From: a bacterium
GTDB lineage: Bacteria > Zhuqueibacterota > Zhuqueibacteria > Zhuqueibacterales > Zhuqueibacteraceae
Direction of reading: 5' to 3'
DNA: 64,000 nt
NCBI GenBank assembly: GCA_044869275.1
Contig: JBIOXB010000163.1
Span: forward strand, 1 to 64,000
In this document: positions 16,987-25,936 of the stretch, in pieces
How positions within the stretch are numbered: position 1 is the stretch's first letter
How the letters are laid out: each line of letters starts with the position of its first letter
Translations under genes and position numbers: made by a program
Notes under the pieces: model-generated
Seen by the model: the letters and a program-made list of their open reading frames with translations, nothing else
What the model was told of the DNA's origin: nothing
Databases searched by the model: none

Positions 16987-18303
16987 TTGCTGCTGCATTT
17001 GACCGACCATTCCGCCGAGCCGCTGCAAAAGCAGATCAGCCGCCAAATTCTGGAAAGGATTCTGAGCGGGGAATTGGCAGCGGGTGGCGTTTTGCCGAGT
17101 GCCCGGCTGCGGTTATTGTCCGTGTTCGAGCCCGCCAAGCTGCGCGAGGTGTTGGCGGAAAATCTCAAAAAGCATTTGGCCGTGGCGGCCGTGCATCTCT
17201 TTTTGCGTGAAGAACATAACGGCGCTTTTGCCTTTCTGCCTGCTCAGGGCGAGCCCAAACCGCTCGCGATTGCGCCGCACGATGAAATGTTGCAAGCGAT
17301 TTCGCACTTGCAAACGCCGGCACCTCGCTCTGAGGTTGAGCGCGCTGCCTGCGCAAGCGTCTTGTGCGAGGAATTGGAGCGGCGCAAGATTGATCTCATG
17401 GTACCCCTGCGTGAAGCCGATTATTTTCTGGGATTCATCGGCTTGTCGCGCGATTTTTCCGGCCTGCCGCTGGCCGCACATGAAATGAATTTGCTGGCGG
17501 TGCTGGCCAACCAATTCGTCAGTGCGCTGCTGGCGTCGCGGTTGTATGTCGAAGCCGTGGAAAAGCGCCGCATGGAAAACGAGCTGGCGATCGCGCGGCA
17601 AATTCAAGCCGATCTTTTGCCCAAAGTTCTGCCGGATGATGAGTCTCTGCAAATCGCGGCCTACTCCGAAGCTTCGCGCGCGGTGGGTGGGGATTTTTAT
17701 GATTATCTGCCCATCGACGCGCAGCGCTTCGGCCTGGTGATTGCCGATGCCTGCGGCAAAGGCATGCCGGCCGCGATGTTGGTTTCTCAAATCCAGGTGA
17801 TTCTCAAAACCGAAGTGCGCCACCGGCGCGAGCTCATGGAAACGATCGCGCCGCTCAATCAACACGTGAAACGCCACGCCGCTCCGCGCAATTTTGTCAC
17901 GCTGGTTTATGGTATTTTTGACCGCGCCACGCGGCAATTCGAGTATGTGAATGCCGGACACAATCATCCCATGCTGCTGCGCCGGGACGGCACTGCCGAG
18001 GATCTCCACACCACCGGTCCAGCTTTGGGATTGATGGCCGAGGGCCATTTTCAAACGGCTCGGGCGACTTTGCAGCCCGGCGATACACTCCTGTTCTACA
18101 CGGATGGCATTACCGAAATGATGAACGAAGCCGCGGAGCAATACGGCGAGCAACGCTTGCTCCACCTCGCGCAACAGCATCGTGGATTAGAAGCCCGCGC
18201 TTTGCTCGCGGCACTCCGGGATGAGGTGAAAGCATTTTATCCAACTTCCTTTTTGCCTGATGACCGCACGCTGATGATTTTGAAAATGAAAGAAAATGAT
18301 TGA
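16987..18303 (+). CDS. Truncated GntR N-terminus + GAF + SpoIIE/RsbU PP2C phosphatase
   Basis: EPLQKQISRQI...LPSAR; GAF-like region; VGGDFYD, IADACGKG, YTDGITE, DDRTL motifs. Confidence 0.85.
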   Translation: MLLHLTDHSAEPLQKQISRQILERILSGELAAGGVLPSARLRLLSVFEPAKLREVLAENLKKHLAVAAVHLFLREEHNGAFAFLPAQGEPKPLAIAPHDEMLQAISHLQTPAPRSEVERAACASVLCEELERRKIDLMVPLREADYFLGFIGLSRDFSGLPLAAHEMNLLAVLANQFVSALLASRLYVEAVEKRRMENELAIARQIQADLLPKVLPDDESLQIAAYSEASRAVGGDFYDYLPIDAQRFGLVIADACGKGMPAAMLVSQIQVILKTEVRHRRELMETIAPLNQHVKRHAAPRNFVTLVYGIFDRATRQFEYVNAGHNHPMLLRRDGTAEDLHTTGPALGLMAEGHFQTARATLQPGDTLLFYTDGITEMMNEAAEQYGEQRLLHLAQQHRGLEARALLAALRDEVKAFYPTSFLPDDRTLMILKMKEND

Positions 18304-18382
18304 TCGCGTTGCGGTCCCGAACCGTCGGGATCGCCATGCATGAGAGGCGCTCTGCGCCTTTATTGCGACGCCCGGCTATGCT

Positions 18383-18472
18383 TGTCATTCCGTAGGAATC
18401 TTCCCAAGCACGGGCAGAGTTCCCTGTTGGATCTCGCTCTTGAGTGCCAGGGAAGATTCTTACAGAATGACA
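18383..18472. repeat. REP-like hairpin (TGTCATTCCGTAGGAATCTTCCC family)
   Basis: TGTCATTCCGTAGGAATCTTCCC ... GGGAAGATTCTTACAGAATGACA; relatives at 5780, 25008 and 50456. Confidence 0.75.
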
Positions 18473-18532
18473 GAAACAAATGGAAAATTCTTCACACAAA
18501 AAAAGCTACAAGTTGCATCAAACACTTCGACC

Positions 18533-18907
18533 ATGCTACTCAACCTAACCGACCTTTCCTCCGAGCCGCTGCAGAGCCAGATCGTGCGGCAGATTCGTGC
18601 CAAGATTCTCTCGGGCGAATTGGAGGCCGAATCCGATCTGCCCTCGATTCGTGCACTGGCCAGCGCGCAGCAGGTGAGCGTGATCACCGTGCAACGCGCC
18701 TATGAAACGCTATTGCGTGAGGGCCTCATCCACGCGCGGCGGGGCAAGGGATTTTTCGTGTCAGAATTGTTGAAAGATCAAAAAAAAGAGATGGCGCAAC
18801 AAAAACTGGCAGACGGGCTCAAGCCGATTGTCGCAACGGCGCTGGCGGAAGGGTTATCGGTGCAAGACATCAAGCGCGCGATTGAGGTTGCCGCGAATCA
18901 TAAATGA
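18533..18907 (+). CDS. GntR family (YtrA subfamily) transcriptional regulator
   Basis: LPSIRALA...VSVITVQRAY..L..EGLI..RRGKGFFV; short C-terminal domain; precedes an ABC ATPase. Confidence 0.9.
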   Translation: MLLNLTDLSSEPLQSQIVRQIRAKILSGELEAESDLPSIRALASAQQVSVITVQRAYETLLREGLIHARRGKGFFVSELLKDQKKEMAQQKLADGLKPIVATALAEGLSVQDIKRAIEVAANHK

Positions 18908-18944
18908 TTTCAGTCAGGCCCTGTCGCTTTGGGAGAAAACAAAA

Positions 18945-19841
18945 ATGAACAACGCCTTCGCATTCAAAAACGTCATTAAAACCTACCGCGATTTTCAGCT
19001 CGGCCCGCTGAATCTTGACTTGGAGCCGGGGGTCGTGCTAGGCTACATCGGGCCAAATGCCAGCGGCAAAACCACGACGATGCATTGCCTGGTGGGGTTG
19101 GTGCGGGCTGAGAGTGGCGAGATGGAAGTTTATGGCCGGCGCAATGATTTGAATCACCCCGAATGGAAGAGCGATCTCGGTTACGTTGGCGACGAGCATG
19201 TGTTTTATGAAAACTGGAGCGGCGAAAGAAACCTGCGCTTTCTGGCACAGTTTTATCCGAATTGGTCGAACCAAACAGCCGCCGACCTGGCGCGGCGTTT
19301 CAACCTGCCGCTGCACAAGAAAGCGAAAGAGCTTTCGCACGGCAATCGCGTGAAGCTGGCGTTGATCGCGGCGCTGGCGCATGCTCCCAAGCTGCTCATT
19401 TTGGACGAGCCCACTTCCGGATTGGACCCCGTGGTGCGCGCCGAGGTATTGGAAGTCTTGTTCGAAGTGGTGGAAAGCGGCGAACGCGCGATTTTTTATT
19501 CCACGCATATTCTGTCCGACATCAGCCGCCTGGCCGATGAGCTAGCCTTTTTATCCGAGGGTCAAATACTGCTGCGCACCGCCAAAGAAGATCTCATCGA
19601 CCGCTGGCGGAAGATTTCATTTCGTCTCGAGGGGGAAATGACACAGTTTGCCGCCGCCGTGCAGCACCGGCAGGAAGGCAAGGATCATCAAATTATCACC
19701 GCGGATTTCGTAGCCACGCGCCGGCACCTCGGCGAGCTGGGCGCGGAAAACGTGATGGAAAACCGCATGAGCATCGACGAGATTGCCGTGCACATTCTCA
19801 AAGGTGGCAACCATGTGGCGTCTCTTGCAAGCGGAGTTTGA
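18945..19841 (+). CDS. ABC transporter ATP-binding protein (YtrB-like)
   Basis: GPNASGKTT, LSHGNR, LILDEPTSGLDP, STH. Confidence 0.92.
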   Translation: MNNAFAFKNVIKTYRDFQLGPLNLDLEPGVVLGYIGPNASGKTTTMHCLVGLVRAESGEMEVYGRRNDLNHPEWKSDLGYVGDEHVFYENWSGERNLRFLAQFYPNWSNQTAADLARRFNLPLHKKAKELSHGNRVKLALIAALAHAPKLLILDEPTSGLDPVVRAEVLEVLFEVVESGERAIFYSTHILSDISRLADELAFLSEGQILLRTAKEDLIDRWRKISFRLEGEMTQFAAAVQHRQEGKDHQIITADFVATRRHLGELGAENVMENRMSIDEIAVHILKGGNHVASLASGV

Positions 19842-20244
19842 ATACCACAAAACCAGATTGTGGTTCGCGGTGCTGGCCGCCATTGCGTTTTTGCTCGCCA
19901 ATTTGATGCGGGATTGGGGCGGCGTTTATGGCCTGCAAGGCGTGACCATGATCATTTTTTATGCGGCGATGATCATCATCGGCACCTATGATGATCGCGA
20001 AAAGCGCGACCGCCAGCAGGCGCTGCTCCCGGTTCCGCTCACTCCATTCAGCCTCTCCCGGCTGGTGTTCATCGTCTGCTTGCAGGGCGCATTTTTTGTG
20101 CTTTGGCTTGTCGTGTTTCTGCTCCGGCATGTGCCGCACGACATGAAGGCATGGTGGAGCATGTTGTCTTTGCAAGCCACGATATTTATCGTGATCAATT
20201 TGTTCATTAAAATCTTCGTCCGCCGGAGATCTTATTTGTCGTGA
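19813..20244 (+). CDS. ABC-2 type permease, probably C-terminally truncated
   Basis: Overlaps the ATPase end; about 4 TM segments and an LLPV motif; ends abruptly just before repeat debris. Confidence 0.6.
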   Translation: MWRLLQAEFEYHKTRLWFAVLAAIAFLLANLMRDWGGVYGLQGVTMIIFYAAMIIIGTYDDREKRDRQQALLPVPLTPFSLSRLVFIVCLQGAFFVLWLVVFLLRHVPHDMKAWWSMLSLQATIFIVINLFIKIFVRRRSYLS

Positions 20245-20282
20245 AGTCCCACTGAGAGAGGATGCCAGTGCCGAAAAAGATT

Positions 20283-20400
20283 CAGCCTGTGTGAAAACGC
20301 TCCGCAGGAAGCTGAAAAACTCCTTTTGATGCCGGACTCGCGAAAGCGGGTATGTAGAAAACCCAATGAAATCATGGATTCCCGCTTTCGCTGGAATGAC
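20283..20400. repeat. Orphan MITE end plus REP hairpin remnant
   Basis: CAGCCTGTGTGAAAACGC (resembles the 43644/50474 MITE end); CGCGAAAGCGGG...GGATTCCCGCTTTCGCTGGAATGAC. Confidence 0.55.
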
Positions 20401-20417
20401 AAATCCGACCAATTGGG

Positions 20418-20816
20418 CTATTTCGGCGCCGCCAACTTGCGTAAGCCATAAGCCTGCAAAATTCCGAGCAACAAGACAACATCAGCGACGATCGCGACCA
20501 TCCAGTTCCCGATAGTCGTGAGCACTCCCCACGCCACAACCCATGCGCTCCCCACCACCCATCCGAAATTGAGCACCACGGCGACAACTGCTTGCGCGCG
20601 ATTGATGATCGAGCGGCGCGCGTTGAGAAACAATGCCGCCGCGTAAAGCCAAAGTGCCAGGCCGATGCCGGTCAAAATGCTCGCTTGCTGCAGTCCCAGC
20701 AGATTGGCCACCGGTCCGGCGGCAAGGACAAGGATCGTACCGCCCAACAGTGAAAATGCGCTGTCTGCCTGCAGAGCGCGGCGAAGCAATTCCGGATTGC
20801 GAGATTGTGGCTGCAT
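20418..20816 (-). CDS. Conserved 4-TM integral membrane protein
   Basis: LLRRALQADSAFS...LNFGWVVGS...AIVADVV...LQAYGLR. Confidence 0.7.
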   Translation of the reverse strand: MQPQSRNPELLRRALQADSAFSLLGGTILVLAAGPVANLLGLQQASILTGIGLALWLYAAALFLNARRSIINRAQAVVAVVLNFGWVVGSAWVVAWGVLTTIGNWMVAIVADVVLLLGILQAYGLRKLAAPK

Positions 20817-21078
20817 GTTCAAGGCTCCGAATTTGTAGTGAAACCGAATCAACGAAGGAATTTAAAAATCCCCGCCGGGTTTGCCGTCGGCGATGAAGAA
20901 AAATACGCAAAAGGAGCCGGGGATTCTACCTGCCCGATAATCTTGTGTGGCAACCTTATAAAGTAGGCAGTGGTCAATGCGTCTGAATCGGCACATTACA
21001 AATTGAGCAACCTCACAACCCCAATAAGCTGGCAGCAAGGATAATCGCCAACGGAGGGAGGGAACCCCGGCGATAAAA

Positions 21079-22236
21079 TCAGTTTTTCATCCGTGGGCTT
21101 GTCTCTATCCGGTGAGAGTTTGTTCCGGCAGGACCGGCATTACTGCGAAATTGCGAGGGTGTTATTCCGGTGATTTTTTTGAAGGCGGCGTTGAACGCGG
21201 AGATGGAGCTGAAGCCGGCGGTGAAGCCGATTTCCGCAATGTTGAGGTGGGCGCGCGCCGGGTCGCGCAGCAGTTGTTGTGCCTCGGCGACGCGATGGCG
21301 GTTCACAAACTCGAAGAAATTCTGCTGCAGTTTTTCGTTGATGATTTGCGACAAATGATGCGGCGGCAGGGCGAGCATTTTGGCAAGCCCGGGCAAATTC
21401 AAGCCGCTGTCCCGGTGAGGCTTTTGGCGTGCCATGAATTCTTGCAGCTTGTGCAAATACTCCTCGGCTTTGCCCGTGGTCAGGGTCGACTTTTGGTATT
21501 TGCTCGCAGCCGGCATGGACGCTAAAGCAGCCCGCATTTCGCCGCTGAAGATCTCCGGCTGGCGCAATGCAAAGTAGCCGATCGCATAGAGAACGAACGA
21601 AAGAAAAAGCCAGGGCAGTTGCGCCAGCTCATTTTGAAAACCGAAGAGCTGCCAGACGAAGACCAGCATCCAATCCAGCGCGCAAAAGCAGAGCAGAAAG
21701 TGCAGCCAGTTCAACTGCAGGTGCTCGAGCGAAGAAAAGGATGATTGCAGACGATGCGCGTGCTGGCGAAGATCGTATAGTGCGGCGGACAGATAGACCA
21801 GCACGTGCGCAAGCGCGAGCCAATTGAGACCCGAAAGAGGAGTGAAATATATTACTGCAGGCTGATTGAATTTGCCGAGTTCGCCGGGCCATGCCAAAAC
21901 AAGATACACCAGAACGTAAACGAGCGCCGGCAGAAAATGGAAAAGCTGCTGGCGTTCGCCTCTAAAAGACGGCCCGGTCAAAGCTTTTGCATGGAACCAC
22001 AGCAACGGACCGAAACACAAAATGGTGGCGATCTCAACCGCCCGAAGCTGAGCTGCGGCAAACTCATGTTGCGCATGTGCCGCTGCGCGCCAGGCCAAGG
22101 CGAGAGCAAACAGCAGCAACAGGCCCGCGAGAAAGCGATTGCCGGCGCGGTTGCCCCGCGGCAAGTTGAAGAGCGCGAGGGACAGGAATATGCCTTGGGT
22201 CGCACCTGCGAGCAAAATGACTGAGAACCAATCCAC
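21079..22236 (-). CDS. Membrane-anchored AraC family transcriptional regulator
   Basis: N-terminal multi-TM region; KYQKSTL; HHLSQIIN...NFFEFVN..RV...GFSSISAFNAAFKK.TG.TPSQFR. Confidence 0.9.
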   Translation of the reverse strand: MDWFSVILLAGATQGIFLSLALFNLPRGNRAGNRFLAGLLLLFALALAWRAAAHAQHEFAAAQLRAVEIATILCFGPLLWFHAKALTGPSFRGERQQLFHFLPALVYVLVYLVLAWPGELGKFNQPAVIYFTPLSGLNWLALAHVLVYLSAALYDLRQHAHRLQSSFSSLEHLQLNWLHFLLCFCALDWMLVFVWQLFGFQNELAQLPWLFLSFVLYAIGYFALRQPEIFSGEMRAALASMPAASKYQKSTLTTGKAEEYLHKLQEFMARQKPHRDSGLNLPGLAKMLALPPHHLSQIINEKLQQNFFEFVNRHRVAEAQQLLRDPARAHLNIAEIGFTAGFSSISAFNAAFKKITGITPSQFRSNAGPAGTNSHRIETSPRMKN

Positions 22237-22247
22237 GTCAATTGTCC

Positions 22248-24830
22248 TTACCGGATCAACGAAAATTGCCGACTTTGGGTCATGCGTTTGCCGGCTCGAT
22301 CCACGAAACTGAGTTTGTAAAAATATCTCCCGCTTGCCAGATTTTCCGTGTGCAGAACGCGGCGATGGGTGCCTTCCTGCAGCCAGCCGTCTGCCAATGT
22401 CGCCACCTGTCTGCCGAGCACATCGAAAAGCTCCAAACGCACGGCGCCGGGTTCTTGCAAAGAGAACGTGATCGTGGTTGCCGCTGCCGGCGAATGTGCC
22501 AGCACGGGATTCGGATAGTTTTGATGCAACACCAAGGCGCGCGGCGCATGGTTTTTCGGCGCAGCGACCTCGGTCAGCGCATTCAAATCGAATTCATAAA
22601 ACGAGCGCCCGTGCGTAGCCGCGCGCAACTTTCGCGTGGAAGGGTGCAGCTCCAAATCGTGCACCGGCACGTATGGCATGCCCGTTCCCAGCGGCTGCCA
22701 GCTTGCGCCCAAGTCGGTTGTGTAAAACACACCAACGTCCGTGCCGATATAGAGCACCGCAGGATTGTCCAGGTCGATCACGACGTCATTGATCGGCGCC
22801 TCGGGCAAATTCGAGCTGAGGTCGATCCACGTTTCGCCTTGATTCTCGGTGCGGAAAATATGCGGCAGGAAAACATCTTCTTGATGGCCGGAGAAAGCGA
22901 CGTACGCGACCTTGGCGTCGCCAGGATCGGCGGCAACGCGCGTGACCCAGCGCCGCGGCAGGCCGGCGTTGATCATTTTCCAATTCGCGCCGAGATCCGC
23001 AGTGACCCAAACATTTGCATCGTCCGTGCCGGCAAAAATGACATTCGGATCGGCGGGCGACACCGCCAGCGTAGTGATGGTGCCGAAACGATAGCTGGTG
23101 GGGCCGGGGCCGTTGGTGAGATCGTCGCTGATTTCGCTCCAAGATTGTGCGCGATCGGCGCTGCGGTACAACCGTTCGGCGCCGAAATACAACACACGAG
23201 GATCGTTGGGATCCATGACCACGGGCGTTGACCAGTTTGTGCGAGCGTTCGCGGGAATGCCGTTGCGACCGCCGGCAAATGAATTCCCTCCGTCCGTCGA
23301 ACGGCCCAGGCCGCCGTATTGATACTCGGCATAGACGTAGCGCGCATCGGTGTAGTCGACCAGGCAATAAAAACCGTCGCCGCCATAAATTTCTTCCCAG
23401 TCGTCGTCGCGGCCGGTCAGGGTGCGCATCGTGCCGTTGTCTTGCGTGCCGCCGTACGTTCTCTCCGGATTCAGGAAATCAATCGTGCCGGCGTAAAACT
23501 GGGTGATGGGCAGATTGAAAGATTTTGCCCAACTGCCCCCGCCATTGTTGGAGACATAAAGGCCGCCATCGTTTCCCGCCAGCAGGCGATTGGAATTGAA
23601 AGGATCGAATTCGAGCGCATGCTGATCCACATGAATGCTGCTTAGAATATTCGACCATGAATCCCCGCCGTTCGTGGATTTGTGAAACGAAACGCCGAGC
23701 GCATAAACGGTATTGGCATTCTGCGGATGAACTTTGATGTTACCGAAATACCAGCCGAACCCGCCGAGAAAGCCGCCGGGCAAGCCGTTGGCCGTCACTC
23801 TGCGCCATGTCTGGCCATGATCGTTCGATCTATAAATCCCGTCGAAGTTTCCCGGATCATCCGCGTACATCGCATAAACGGTGGCGGGATTGGAAGGCGC
23901 GACCGCCAAGCCGATGCGGCCACGATACGTCGCTGCCGGCGGCAAGCCGGAGGCGAGCAATTCCCACGATTCCCCGGCGTTGAACGTGCGATAAATGCCG
24001 CTGCTGAGGCCGCCGACTCTACGGCGGTGGGGCGCGCGAATGCGTTCCCACATGGCGGCGTAAACCGTGTCCGGCTGCTGTGGATTGAGAGCGACGTCAA
24101 TGGCTGCGGTGGAATCCGTGAGGAACAGCGAACGCACCCAAGTTTGCCCTCCGTCGCTGGATTTGTAGATGCCACGCTCGGGATTCTTGCCATAAAGCTG
24201 CCCGCACGCTGCAACATAAAGGATATTGGAATTGCGCGGATCGACAGCGATGCGGCCAAGGTGATTACTCTCAGCCAGCCCGATATTTCTCCAAGTCGAT
24301 CCACCATCGGTCGATTTGTAAATTCCGTCACCGGCATAAGAATCAAGACTGCCGTTGGCTTCGCCCGTGCCCACATAAATGGTTTCGGGATCGTTCGGAT
24401 CGAATGCCAGCGCGCCGATGGACAAGCTGGGCTGGTCATCAAAGATAGGAAACCAATCATTGCCACCATCAATGGATTTGAACACGCCGCCCGCGGCCGC
24501 GCCAATGTAAATGGTGTTGGGATCAAAAGGAGACACGGCTATGGCGGTGATGCGTCCGCCGATATTCGTGGGCCCGATGGGCTGCCAGGCGGTACTGGCA
24601 TTGCCTTTGTGCAAAGCTTGCAGCGCTTGCGCATGCTGCACCGCGCGCAAATGAGCGCTCTGGTCGATGCGATCCAGCGGGAAAGCGCGCTGAATGAAAA
24701 ACCAATCCGTAGGCTTCTTCTCCGCGGCGCGCGATTTTGAGAACGGTTTGTCGCCGGCATTGAATAACATTGAAAGGGAGGCGAACAATACCAGCAAACA
24801 TGTGAGCGGCAGAATTGTTTTTGTCCTCAT
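22248..24830 (-). CDS. VPS10/BNR-repeat glycosyl-hydrolase-like secreted protein with T9SS-A-type tail
   Basis: WQPIGPTNIGGRI; many S.DGG..W Asp-boxes; HVDQH, GGTQDNG, ATHGRS; QNYPNP. Confidence 0.85.
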   Translation of the reverse strand: MRTKTILPLTCLLVLFASLSMLFNAGDKPFSKSRAAEKKPTDWFFIQRAFPLDRIDQSAHLRAVQHAQALQALHKGNASTAWQPIGPTNIGGRITAIAVSPFDPNTIYIGAAAGGVFKSIDGGNDWFPIFDDQPSLSIGALAFDPNDPETIYVGTGEANGSLDSYAGDGIYKSTDGGSTWRNIGLAESNHLGRIAVDPRNSNILYVAACGQLYGKNPERGIYKSSDGGQTWVRSLFLTDSTAAIDVALNPQQPDTVYAAMWERIRAPHRRRVGGLSSGIYRTFNAGESWELLASGLPPAATYRGRIGLAVAPSNPATVYAMYADDPGNFDGIYRSNDHGQTWRRVTANGLPGGFLGGFGWYFGNIKVHPQNANTVYALGVSFHKSTNGGDSWSNILSSIHVDQHALEFDPFNSNRLLAGNDGGLYVSNNGGGSWAKSFNLPITQFYAGTIDFLNPERTYGGTQDNGTMRTLTGRDDDWEEIYGGDGFYCLVDYTDARYVYAEYQYGGLGRSTDGGNSFAGGRNGIPANARTNWSTPVVMDPNDPRVLYFGAERLYRSADRAQSWSEISDDLTNGPGPTSYRFGTITTLAVSPADPNVIFAGTDDANVWVTADLGANWKMINAGLPRRWVTRVAADPGDAKVAYVAFSGHQEDVFLPHIFRTENQGETWIDLSSNLPEAPINDVVIDLDNPAVLYIGTDVGVFYTTDLGASWQPLGTGMPYVPVHDLELHPSTRKLRAATHGRSFYEFDLNALTEVAAPKNHAPRALVLHQNYPNPVLAHSPAAATTITFSLQEPGAVRLELFDVLGRQVATLADGWLQEGTHRRVLHTENLASGRYFYKLSFVDRAGKRMTQSRQFSLIR

Positions 24831-24905
24831 GGCCGTCCTTTTCGCACTTTGGTGTTGCGCGGAAGTTTGGTTTTGAGCATCTTGTCATGATCTTGCAGCG
24901 CAGTG

Positions 24906-24934
24906 AAGATAATAAACCTTCGCCCCTGCGTCAA
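24906..24934 (-). promoter_or_regulatory. Putative sigma70 promoter for the VPS10-AraC operon
   Basis: Minus strand TTGACG-17-TATCTT. Confidence 0.55.
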
Positions 24935-24973
24935 AAGGAAAAATACGCGTTTTCAGGATTGACACCTGAATAG

Positions 24974-25146
24974 TACTACAACGTTAGGTCCACGCCGCCA
25001 CCAGAAATGTCATCCCGATTCATCGGGATCTTCCCAGGCGCTGGGCACAATGCCGAAATAGGCTGTGATATTGTATCATGGGAAGATTCTTTCAGAATGA
25101 CAGTGCTGGTTTTTTTGTGCAAAAAAACAGACTTAGCGTTGTAGTA
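24974..25146. mobile_element. MITE with 17-bp imperfect TIRs enclosing a REP hairpin
   Basis: TACTACAACGTTAGGTC ... GACTTAGCGTTGTAGTA; inner TGTCATCCCG...GGGAAGATTCTTTCAGAATGACA. Confidence 0.7.
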
Positions 25147-25163
25147 ATAATTAAGGAGAATAA

Positions 25164-25772
25164 ATGGGACTCGAAGCAACCTGCCGCGCCAGTTTTGACG
25201 GAAAATCTTCCGCGGGCAAAGCGCATCTGGAGACGGCAGAATTGTCATTTCACGGCGATTTCAAATTGAAAATCCCGCTGCAGCGAATCGAATCGTTCGC
25301 AGCCAAGGCTGGAAAATTGCAGGTGAAATTCCCGCAAGGCACGGCGACTTTCGAGCTGGGTCCGGAGGCGGAAAAATGGGCGCTCAAGATACGCAATCCC
25401 AAAAGCACAATCGACAAGCTCGGCGTCAAGCCGGATTTCAAAGTTTCCGTGCTCGGCATTTCCGAGGAAGACTTCTGGCAGCAATTGCGCGGCCGCACGC
25501 AAAATATTACCGCCGGCAAAGCTGCCCGGGAATCGGATTTGATTTTTTTCGCCGTGAGCAATGCCCAAGCGCTCGATAAATTGAAGACGTTGCAAAATTC
25601 GCTCAAGCGGAATGGCGGTATTTGGGTGATTTGGCCGAAAGGGCAGGCGCACATCAAAGAGGACATTGTGCGCGCGGCTGCTTTGGCACAAGGTCTGGTC
25701 GATGTCAAGGTCGTGAGCTTTTCCGAGACGCACAGCGGCTTGAAGCTGGTCATTCCTGTGGCGAGACGGTGA
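25164..25772 (+). CDS. DUF3052 family protein
   Basis: DKLGVKP...IWVIWPKG...GLVDVKV.SFSETHSGLKLV; AAGGAG RBS. Confidence 0.82.
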   Translation: MGLEATCRASFDGKSSAGKAHLETAELSFHGDFKLKIPLQRIESFAAKAGKLQVKFPQGTATFELGPEAEKWALKIRNPKSTIDKLGVKPDFKVSVLGISEEDFWQQLRGRTQNITAGKAARESDLIFFAVSNAQALDKLKTLQNSLKRNGGIWVIWPKGQAHIKEDIVRAAALAQGLVDVKVVSFSETHSGLKLVIPVARR

Positions 25773-25774
25773 TC

Positions 25775-25915
25775 TGGAGTTGGATTGTGGAGGGGAGATC
25801 GTAGATCGTGGATAGTAGATAGTAGATCGTGCGTCGTCGATTTGGGCAATCTACACAATCTACTATCCACGATCCACCATCCACGATCCACAATCCACGA
25901 TCCACAATCCACCAT
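25775..25915. repeat. 7-bp tandem-unit palindrome (GATCGTG/GATAGTA vs ATCCACG/ATCCACA)
   Basis: Periodic inverted arms between convergent genes. Confidence 0.8.
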
Positions 25916-25936
25916 CCCTCCCCCGCGCCTTCAAAA

